This document shows, piece by piece, positions 28,944-37,500 of a DNA stretch of 64,000 nt. Below the pieces are notes generated by a model, which was given only the letters and a program-made list of their open reading frames with translations, was not told where the DNA came from and did not search any database. This stretch comes from Candidatus Poribacteria bacterium (lineage in GTDB: Bacteria; Poribacteria; WGA-4E; PCPOR2b), in contig CBDBMC010000001.1 in assembly GCA_965207095.1 (NCBI GenBank), positions 4,230 to 68,229 on the forward strand, given 5' to 3'. How positions within the stretch are numbered: the first letter of the stretch is position 1; each line of letters starts with the position of its first letter. A program made the position numbers and the translations under genes.

Positions 28944-29029
28944 AGCTCCCACGCAGCTTTACAAATGATTTTGCAGAAATTTGCGTGGATTCTCGGATAC
29001 CAATGAACCAATGAACAGATGGTTATAAG

Positions 29030-30505
29030 ATGAACACAACAGCGCTGCTTGGTCCCGGTGGCATCGTCTTTATGGGGATCTATTTGACATCTCTGATTCT
29101 GGTCGGTCTCGCTGGACGATTTGCACGGCGCGAGAATTCGATGGCAGACTTTTACCTCGGCAACCGCGGACTCGGTCTGTTTGTCCTGTTCCTCACCCTC
29201 TATGCGACGCAATACAGCGGTCTCACCCTGATTGGATTTGTGGGCAACGTATATCGAACCGGGTATTTCTTTTTGGTGAGCGTAACCTTCTCGATGTCGA
29301 TCCTCGCCGCGTATCTGGTATACGCTCCCAAGTTCCATCGACTCTCCCGCCAACATGGATACATTACAATCGGTGACTACATTCAGCAGCGGTTCGGATC
29401 TACCACATTAACCGCGCTTTCAACAGTTATCTTCATTATCGCACTCGGCAACTATATTCTAAGCAACCTAAAAGCCATCGGTTACATCGTTGAGGCATCG
29501 ACGGGCGGATATGTAACATTTGTCCAGGGTGTGATTGTTTTGTCGATAATCATGTTGATCTACGAGACGCTCGGCGGATTACGAAGCGTCGCATGGACTG
29601 ACGCTATCCAAGGGGTGCTACTGTTGGCGGGGTGTATCTTTATCTTTGGCGTAATCAGCTACTCGTACGGTGGATTATCCGCTACCGCCGAGAAACTGAT
29701 GGCAACGCAACCCGCTTTTTGGCAGCCACCGACGTGGAAACTAAAACTCACTTGGTTGAGCACATTGACGATCGTATTTTTCGGACCGTCGATCTACCCA
29801 CACGCCGCCCAGCGCATCTACGCAGCGAAGAACGAACTGACGCTCCGGCGCTCGTTCCAGATTATGGTTTTCATGCCGATTTTCACCACCTTCTTCATGT
29901 TCGTCGTAGGTCTCGTTGGCGCGGCACAATTCCCGGGGCTGGATCGGCTTGGAAGCGAACAGGTTGCGCTATTTCTGCTGAACGACATGGCAGAACGGCT
30001 CCCCGGCATCCGAATTTTACTGATCCTCTTTCTTTCTGCCGCCGTCGCTGCGATTATGTCGACTATTGACTCCGCGCTACTTGCGGCCTCCTCTGTCTTT
30101 ACGCAGGATCTGTATAAACGGATGCGTCCTGATGTATCTCAGCATCACCTGACGGTTACGGGGAAAGTTTTCTCGTGGGGCCTTATGGCGGTGTTGGTTT
30201 TTCTGGCAATCCAACTTCCACAGACGCTCTGGCGACTGACCGAGATTAAACTGGAACTGCTATGCCAAGTCGCACCTGCTATCTTCCTCGGCGTACACAT
30301 GAAATCCCTCCGCACCAATGCTGTTCTGTCAGGGCTTGTCGTCGGCACCTGCGTGGCGCTAGGAATCATGTTTGCCAATCTTGCTGGGATAGGCATCGCA
30401 ACGAAACCGTTGGGCATTCACGCTGGAGTCTGGGGATTAGCCGCGAATTTCCTAACAGTTGGCCTCGTTTCAGCTTCCAAAAAAGAGGAATGGCAGCAAC
30501 AGTAG
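29030..30505 (+). CDS. Sodium:solute symporter (SSF/SSS) family transporter
   Basis: 491 aa with about 13 TM segments. The characteristic segments are GNRGLGLFVLFLTLYATQYSG and GGLRSVAWTDAIQG. Confidence 0.85.
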   Translation: MNTTALLGPGGIVFMGIYLTSLILVGLAGRFARRENSMADFYLGNRGLGLFVLFLTLYATQYSGLTLIGFVGNVYRTGYFFLVSVTFSMSILAAYLVYAPKFHRLSRQHGYITIGDYIQQRFGSTTLTALSTVIFIIALGNYILSNLKAIGYIVEASTGGYVTFVQGVIVLSIIMLIYETLGGLRSVAWTDAIQGVLLLAGCIFIFGVISYSYGGLSATAEKLMATQPAFWQPPTWKLKLTWLSTLTIVFFGPSIYPHAAQRIYAAKNELTLRRSFQIMVFMPIFTTFFMFVVGLVGAAQFPGLDRLGSEQVALFLLNDMAERLPGIRILLILFLSAAVAAIMSTIDSALLAASSVFTQDLYKRMRPDVSQHHLTVTGKVFSWGLMAVLVFLAIQLPQTLWRLTEIKLELLCQVAPAIFLGVHMKSLRTNAVLSGLVVGTCVALGIMFANLAGIGIATKPLGIHAGVWGLAANFLTVGLVSASKKEEWQQQ

Positions 30506-30858
30506 TAGGTATACGTCCTATCTGGCAACCTCAGTTTCTCCGCCGAGGCGGGTATGCCCCGTCGGTCAAGGTCCCTACCTCTCGACTCCGCGGAGCGATA
30601 TGTCTGGAGCAGGGCAATGTGTGTAATCTCCGCGATCCGGAGGCGCGCTATCCGCATAGGGTTCAAATAAACCGCTAAACTAATGAACCGATGAAACAGA
30701 ATAGCTCTGAAGGGTTGATAAATCAAGGGGCAAAAACCGAGTTTTTTATATGACAGGAACACAATTTCAGCAAAATCCAGCCGATTTTCTCACAATTAGG
30801 CGATATATACGCGAAAAACTCGGTTTTTCTATACTACTGGTAACTTGCGTAATATTAA

Positions 30859-31104
30859 CCTAAGTTGCTAGTTAGCCTGTATGCCGCCTTTCCGCATTCG
30901 CCACTAATTGAAGTAACGATACACATGTCGCCCCGCTGGGGCTAAAAAACGGGGAAAGTCCTCAAACTATAGACATTGCGCTCCGCTGGAGCGCAGGCAT
31001 TGACCGCATCGCCGTTCTATAGACATATCGCTCCTCCGGAGCAAAAGATAGAATCCCTCAATTTTAACGATACACCGATAGATGCTCAACACTAGCAACT
31101 TGCG
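30859..31104 (+). mobile_element. MITE family K, flanked by TAATATTA
   Basis: CCTAAGTTGCTAG ... CTAGCAACTTGCG, with TAATATTA at 30850-30857 and 31105-31112. The right end lies 6 nt upstream of the AGGAG RBS (31111-31115) of the first LRR gene. It contains three B-type hairpin units. Confidence 0.7.
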
Positions 31105-31125
31105 TAATATTAGGAGATGCTCTTT

Positions 31126-33759
31126 ATGTCCAAACATCATTTCTTCGCCACTTTGATTGGGGTTCATCAGCAATTTCATCTCGTCAGAATTATCTGCCTA
31201 TCGGCCGCGATCATCGGTGCTCAAATAGCCTTCGACCAACTACAGATTACCCAAGACGCCCATGCCAGTTCTCAACAGCAGGCTGCGGTTGTTCAGATTC
31301 GTGACTCCAATCTACGCGCCGCAATAGCGGAAGCACTTGGTAAAAGCCCGAATGTGCCAATTACTACGGAAGAGATGGCTACATTAAGAGAACTCGAACT
31401 TCCGAACAGAGGTGTCCAAGATTTGACAGGCCTTCAGTTTGCAACCAATCTGAGACGGTTGAGGCTTGGAGATTGGGGCACGGGGAATCAGGTATCCGAC
31501 ATCTCGCCGCTATCGGGATTAATTAATCTACGTGAGCTCTGGCTTAGTCATAACCCCGTATCCGATCTATCCCCTCTGAGGGGCTTAAACAATCTTACTA
31601 GGCTGGAAATTCATAATACTCAGGTATCCGACCTGTCGCTGATCGCTGGACTAATCAGGCTGCAGCGGTTAGGTATTTCTCATGCCAACGTATCCGACCT
31701 GTCACCGATTGCTGGACTCATTAATCTAGAGAGATTCGATTTTCACGATGACAGCATATCGGACATATCGCCGTTGGCGCAATTAATCAACCTGAAAGAA
31801 TTTAACACGTGGGGCAATCCCATAACCGATATATCACCTATAGCGCAACTATCAAAGCTGGAGGTGGTAAATATTTGCGACGGAGATCTGACAGATCTCA
31901 CACCCTTAGTAGGATTAACAGGTTTGAAGGAACTGTATCTTGCCAACGACAGAATATCCGATATATCACCGCTTGCGAGATTAACCGGGTTAGAGCGTTT
32001 GAACCTTCAACGCAACCAATTTTCGGATATATCGCCGCTTGCAAGGTTAACTAACCTAGAATGGCTAGATCTTAGCGCGAACGAAATATCGAACATATCC
32101 CCGCTTGTGGGGTCAACCAACCTGACATGGTTAGATGTTTCAAACAACCAGATCTCCAATTTTTCGCCTCTGGACGGGATACGCGAGAATATAACGCTCA
32201 TTTGGCACGGCAATCCGGCGTTCCCACGAGGGGGACCTAAGATAGAGGGACCGTGGCTATGGGTATTGTTACTGAACACAGAACTGAGTAACACTATAGA
32301 TTTATTATCAGAAGCGAGTGGAGGTACAGTGACGGAGAGGGAGGTTGCCACCCATGGAGCAACAGAGGGGAAACCGGTTGGCGATGATGTGTGGACCGCC
32401 CACAGACTCCCGCCTGCGGGACATAAAAACATTGAAGATATGCTTCAACGTTCCATCCGTGGCGCCGTTCTTTACGGTTCCGTGTCCTTGCATTCACCAC
32501 GGGGGCAGGACACAACAATGTATGTCGGCGGTGAAGACGGTGTAAAGGTTTGGCTCAATGGAACTCTGATTTACGACCGTATCAGTAGTTGGAGTGGCAC
32601 CGATTATCAAGATTTTTTCCCAGTCACACTGAAACAGGGGAGAAATGTGTTGTTGGTCGCAGTTCCCACGCTAGGTACCGGCTTCTTTGGATTTGAACCC
32701 GGCACCGAATATACAGCCGCAAACTCCGGTATCAGTTACACCTTCTCCCAGACGCCAATTCACACGGGTGATACGTTTACCGTCGACATCGGTGCAAAAG
32801 ATTTCTTTGACCTGGCGGGCTGGCAATTTGATATCGCTTTCGACCCTGCAATCCTTGAAGCCATCAACGTGACTGAAGGCGATCTCCTTAAAATGGGTGG
32901 TGCAACCACCTTCTTTCAGGCTGGAACTATTAATAACAGAAGCGGAAGAATCACAAAACTCTTTGCCACACGACAGTCCACCGGTGGGGTCAGTGGAACG
33001 GACACCTTACTTCAGGTGACCTTCAGGGCAAAATCTGCCGGCAAAACAGCGTTGACACTGCGGAACGTGGAGTTCGGCCATCCCACCGGAGCACTTATCT
33101 CCGCAGGTCCGCATGAAGTTGGGATTACTGTAGGAGGACAACTTGCCACTGGTGACGTAAATCGAGATGGTATTGTCACCATTTTGGATTTGATTCTCAT
33201 CGCACGGCAGTTGGGGCAAAGGGTCTCCGCCAACTCACCGGCAGATCTCAATGGTGATGGTTCCGTCAGTATCCTCGATCTTATTCTTGCGGCACGAAGC
33301 CTTGGCAGCACCACGACACCTGCTGCACCTGCGATTGGGGTAGAAAGCATAGATGCTGCGACAGTAGCAGCATGGATAGCACAAGCACGGTTAGAAGATG
33401 ATGGGTCGCTTGCTTTCAAAGAAGGTATCGAAATACTTGAAACAATGTTAGCCTCGCTAATTCCTGAAGAGACCGCCCTGTTGGCAAACTATCCGAATCC
33501 GTTTAACCCGGAAACGTGGATATCTTATCAGTTGGCAGAGGCAGCGGAGGTTACACTAACCATCTATGATATGAACGGAAAGATGGTTCGATGTTTGGAA
33601 GTGGGTCATCAGGCAGCAGGTATGTATCGGACTCGAAGCCGGGCAGTGTATTGGGATGGGTGCAACCAACTTGGTGAGGCTGTTGCTAGTGGAGTCTACT
33701 TCTACGCACTAAGGGCAGATAATTTCACAGCTACGCGACGGATGCTTATATTAAAATAA
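31126..33759 (+). CDS. LRR1: internalin-type LRR + beta-sandwich + cohesin + dockerin + Por/T9SS-type CTD secreted protein
   Basis: The signal-anchor region is MSKHHFFATLIGVHQQFHLVRIICLSAAIIGAQIA..AHA. About 12 22-residue LRRs (L..L.L..N.ISDISPLAGLTNL) follow, then a GPWLW..VWLNG..VTLKQGRNVLLV jelly-roll-like domain. The cohesin contains DTFTVDIGAKDFFDLAGWQFDIAFDPAILEAINV. The dockerin (from nt 33151) is GDVNRDGIVTILDLILIARQLG..DLNGDGSVSILDLILAARSLG. The tail is NYPNPFNPETW..YFY..RRMLILK. The ORF track start is 31117; ATG 31126 fits the RBS better. Confidence 0.85.
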   Translation: MSKHHFFATLIGVHQQFHLVRIICLSAAIIGAQIAFDQLQITQDAHASSQQQAAVVQIRDSNLRAAIAEALGKSPNVPITTEEMATLRELELPNRGVQDLTGLQFATNLRRLRLGDWGTGNQVSDISPLSGLINLRELWLSHNPVSDLSPLRGLNNLTRLEIHNTQVSDLSLIAGLIRLQRLGISHANVSDLSPIAGLINLERFDFHDDSISDISPLAQLINLKEFNTWGNPITDISPIAQLSKLEVVNICDGDLTDLTPLVGLTGLKELYLANDRISDISPLARLTGLERLNLQRNQFSDISPLARLTNLEWLDLSANEISNISPLVGSTNLTWLDVSNNQISNFSPLDGIRENITLIWHGNPAFPRGGPKIEGPWLWVLLLNTELSNTIDLLSEASGGTVTEREVATHGATEGKPVGDDVWTAHRLPPAGHKNIEDMLQRSIRGAVLYGSVSLHSPRGQDTTMYVGGEDGVKVWLNGTLIYDRISSWSGTDYQDFFPVTLKQGRNVLLVAVPTLGTGFFGFEPGTEYTAANSGISYTFSQTPIHTGDTFTVDIGAKDFFDLAGWQFDIAFDPAILEAINVTEGDLLKMGGATTFFQAGTINNRSGRITKLFATRQSTGGVSGTDTLLQVTFRAKSAGKTALTLRNVEFGHPTGALISAGPHEVGITVGGQLATGDVNRDGIVTILDLILIARQLGQRVSANSPADLNGDGSVSILDLILAARSLGSTTTPAAPAIGVESIDAATVAAWIAQARLEDDGSLAFKEGIEILETMLASLIPEETALLANYPNPFNPETWISYQLAEAAEVTLTIYDMNGKMVRCLEVGHQAAGMYRTRSRAVYWDGCNQLGEAVASGVYFYALRADNFTATRRMLILK

Positions 33760-34052
33760 CCTAAGTTGCTAGCCTGTATGCCGCCTTTCCGCACTCGCCA
33801 CTAATTGAAGTAACGATACACATGTCGCCCCGCTGGGGCTTGGGGATGTAGGAAGTCACTGCGGCTATAAACATGTCGCCCTGCTGGGGCTAAAAAACGG
33901 GGAAAGTCCTCAAACTATACACATTGCGCTCCGCTGGAGCGCAGGCATTGACCGCATCGCCGTTCTATAGACATACCGCTCCTCCGGAGCGAAAGATAGA
34001 ATCCCTCAATTTTAACGACAAACCGATGGAGGCTCAACACTAGCAACTTGTG
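33760..34052 (+). mobile_element. MITE family K inserted at the LRR1 stop codon (first of two tandem copies)
   Basis: Bracketed by TTAAAATAA at 33751-33759 (which includes the LRR1 stop) and 34053-34061. The TIRs are CCTAAGTTGCTAG / CTAGCAACTTGTG. Confidence 0.8.
33816..33991 (+). repeat. Array of four family-B REP-like hairpin units (period about 50 bp) inside the K element
   Basis: The units are ACATGTCGCCCCGCTGGGGC, ACATGTCGCCCTGCTGGGGC, ACATTGCGCTCCGCTGGAGCGC and ACATACCGCTCCTCCGGAGCG. Stem changes are compensatory (GCCCC/GGGGC versus GCTCC/GGAGC). Other units lie at about 100, 17805, 22663, 22712, 25149, 25198, 30924, 30970, 31020, 34180, 34235, 55818, 55868, 61458, 61508, 63345, 63420, 63770 and 63820. 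Confidence 0.75.
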
Positions 34053-34061
34053 TTAAAATAA

Positions 34062-34466
34062 CCTAAGTTGCCAGTTGTGTTATAACGCTACACACATGTC
34101 GCGCTGCCTCACTCGGATCGGAAAATCAAAACAACTGGGACTGTGTTGGTGGCTCATTGGACTGCTGAACTCTATATACAGATTGCGCTTCGCTGGAGCG
34201 CAGGAACTGGACGCATTGGCATACTATAGACATATCGCTCCTCTGGAGCGAAAGGACATCTACTCTGGAGCGAAAGGACATCTACCTACTGAATTGTAGG
34301 GAACAACGATCGTTGTTCCCTACAATCATTGTATTGTCCCTCTAGCTGGGGGTCGGGCAAGTCGCTTTGGATCCCCCCGATAAATCGGGGTAAACTAATT
34401 ATCGGGGATGCCCAACCTACGGATATACGGGTCGATTATCGTACCGTACATAACTAGCAACTTGCG
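34062..34466 (+). mobile_element. MITE family K, second tandem copy (longer, composite)
   Basis: CCTAAGTTGCCAG ... CTAGCAACTTGCG, bracketed by TTAAAATAA at 34053-34061 and 34467-34475. Confidence 0.75.
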
Positions 34467-34562
34467 TTAAAATAAAGAAGTAGGCATACTTTTTTCGACG
34501 CATCGGAATTCAAGGCAATATACCGTAATCCCTGCAAACTATAATATTAGGAGGTGTTCTTT

Positions 34563-37500
34563 ATGTCCCAACATCATTTCTTCTCCACTTTGATTGGCGT
34601 TGATAAGCAATTTCGTCTCATTAGTATTATCTGCCTATTGATAGTCATCCTCGGTTTCCAGAATACATCCGCCCAACAACAGATAGCCGTAGATGCCTAC
34701 GCTATCTTTGAACAGAGCTGCCTTATCTGCCACGGTCCCCAAGGTGCCTATAAAGAAACACTCCTCATTGAACACAACGCACTCATCGAAAACGGAACCG
34801 TTGTACCGGGCAACCCCAACGCCTCCGAACTGTATAAACGACTCATAACCACTGAAATAGCCAAACGGATGCCGCTCCAACAACCCCCTCTATCCACTCA
34901 AGCAATTAATACCATCCGTAACTGGATTTTGGCAGGTGCACCCGATTGGGCAGCAACCACCACACCGACTGGCGACTTTATCTCGCACAACGAGATACTT
35001 AATGACATTGAGACGCACCTGATGTCGCTTTCACCGTTTGACCGTGCCTTTGCCCGTTACTTCACGATGACCCATCTCTATAACGCGGGGGTGGCGGCAC
35101 AGATACTTCAAGAATACCGAAAAGCACTCTATAAACTGGTCAATAGCCTCTCATGGGGGGTTGACGTCATCAACCCAGAATCCATCGACTCACAAGGCAC
35201 TATCTTCTACATCGACCTCAGACAATATGAGTGGGACGTCAATGATGGCTGGGGACAGATAGAAGCGGTATATCCTTACCACATCTCATTTGATGCACCC
35301 GCACAGGCAACACTGCAGCAACAACTCGGACGGTTACAGACAGAAACCAATAGTAGCGTCCCATCGGTACATGTCGACTGGTTCATAGCAACCGCATCTC
35401 TACCCCCACTCTACCACAATCTGCTCTCTCTACCATTGACAGATAGGGCGTTAGAGGCACGATTGGAGGTCGATGTGAATCGCAACATCAGCAATGCACC
35501 GGGCGTGCGTGTCTGGCGCGCAGGCACTGACGAGTCGGGCGTCTCCCAGAGCAACCGGGTGTTGGAACGGCATAACTCTCGATATGGCGCATATTGGAAA
35601 AGCTACGACTTTGCTGGAAGTGCTGGGACACAGAATATCTTCACCCACCCACTCAATTTCACCCAAGATGGTGGGGAGGTTATCTTCAATCTACCCAACG
35701 GGTTGCAAGGGTACTATATAGTAGACGCTACCGGTTCACGATTGGACGCAGCACCGATAAGCATTGTCTCCGATCCCGCAGCCAGTGACCCCACCGTCCG
35801 GACTGGGTTGTCCTGTTTCGGTTGTCATATAGAGGGGATGAACACCTTTGAGGACCAGGTGCGGGCTGTGATAGAGAGTAATACCAACCCAACTTACGAC
35901 AAAGCACAAGCGTTGCGGTTGTATGTAGAGAAGGCAGATATGGATGTACGGGTTCAAGAAGATATAGAAACGTATAGAGCCGCACTGGAAGAGACGGGGG
36001 GTGCGTTTGACGATATTGAACCGATCTCTCGGTTCCATGAGGCGTTTGAGGGCCCAGTCGATGTGGCACACGCTGCGGCTGTTGTGGGATTAGAGACTGA
36101 AGATTTGTTGGAAAAGATACGTGAGAACACAGGATTACAGAATGCAGGGTTGTTGGTGTTAGAGAGTAATGGGAGTATGAAAAGGGATACCTGGACATCA
36201 AGTTTCCAAGATGTGCTTTTTGCGCTGAATTTTCCGACACGGGTCGTGACACCTCCCATTGTGACACCTCCCATTGTGACGCCGCCGGTACGACCACCGG
36301 GTAGGGTTGTTCAGATTCCGGACGTAAACCTGCATGCAGCAATTGCAGAGGTACTTGGCAAAGGTTCCAATACCCCAATTACTGTAAGGGAGATGGAAGG
36401 ATTGCAAAGACTTTATATCAATAACAGAGGCATCCGTGATTTGACAGGACTTCAGTTTGCAATCAATCTGAGAGAGCTAAATCTCGATGATAATGAAATC
36501 TCCGATCTCTCACCGCTGGCAGGCTTAATCAACCTGCGAGACCTTCGGCTTCACCATAACCCCTTATCTGATATATCTCCCGTGCGCGGGCTAACAAATC
36601 TTACTCGCTTAGAGTTTGATGAATCTTCAGTTTCCGATATATCTCCCGTGAGGAACTTAACAAATCTCACCTATCTGGAGTTTGATCGCACTTTGGTCTC
36701 TGATATATCTCCCGTAAGGAATTTAACAAATCTCACTTACTTGGAGTTTCACGGTACTTTGGTATCAGACTTTTCGCCGATCATAGAATTAACCAATTTG
36801 GAGCACTTACATTTTGATGGTATCAATGTGTCCAACCTATCAATAGTTACAAGATTAGTCAGTCTTAAACGCCTTCTCTTGGGCAACTTAGGGGGTTCAT
36901 CAATCAATTTGTCGTTTCTGGCGCGATTAACAAACCTGGAGGAGATTAGTATGCACAATGGAGATATATCCAACCTTTCACCTTTGGCAGGTTTAACACG
37001 TTTGAGAGAACTACATATTACCAACTCCGGAATATCAGATATATCTGCCCTCGCCGGGCTAACCGAGTTAGTCCGTGTAGATCTTGCGGCCAACGAAATC
37101 TCAGATATATCTCCCCTTGCAGGCTTAACCAACTTAAGATGGGTGATCCTCCGCGAAAACCAGATTACTAACCTTTCCCTTGTGAATAGGTTACGTGCGA
37201 ATATACCGACGTTCGTCTGGCACGACAACCCAGGCTTCCCAGAGGTGGGTCCCACAATAGAGGGACCGTGGCTATGGGTTGTGTTACCAAACACAAGACC
37301 TAGTACCACAGATTTACTGTCAGAAGCGAGTGGAGGGACAGTGACAGAGACAGAGATTGCTACCTATGGGGCAATAGAGGGACAACCCGTCGGCGATGAT
37401 GTCTGGACATTCCGCAGCCTCCCGCCCACGGGGTGGAACAACGTTGACAAGATGCTTGGGGACCGCATCGATGGTGCCACCCTCTACGGTACGGTGTCCC

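Noticed and set aside
29001-29028. AATGAAC(C/A)(A/G)ATGAAC-type octamer repeats as a conserved regulatory box upstream of start codons (29001, 17745-17782, 53381-53400).
   Set aside because: Further copies (25045, 30680, 43465, 56015, 61335, 63190) lie downstream of genes or antisense to them. The positional association does not hold, so this is probably another repeat module.
30583-30605. Strict same-strand orientation of all family-B hairpin units, which would argue strongly for a ssDNA/lagging-strand mobilisation mechanism.
   Set aside because: Inverted, diverged B-like units exist at 30583-30605 and 50983-51005. Only a bias, not a rule, can be claimed from this window.
33816-33991. Regularly spaced approximately 27-nt hairpin repeats (period about 50 bp) that superficially look like a small CRISPR array. 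Similar pairs occur at 22663-22735, 25149-25225, 55818-55895 and 61458-61530.
   Set aside because: The 'spacers' are themselves conserved between loci. The repeats within one array differ from each other. Arrays have only 2-4 units, they lie inside MITEs with terminal inverted repeats, and no cas genes are present.
35728-36378. Long antisense ORFs inside the LRR-family genes (35728-36378, 44943-45569, 36749-37309, 39543-40187, 49784-50359 and others), some duplicated.
   Set aside because: They are duplicated only because the sense genes are paralogous. Their translations are low-complexity with no motifs, and they are fully embedded in well-supported sense genes.
36334-37200. Diversity-generating retroelement (or similar targeted hypermutation) as the source of LRR variability between paralogs A and B.
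   Set aside because: There is no reverse transcriptase or template repeat in the window. The differences include indels and whole-repeat changes and are not restricted to adenine positions.
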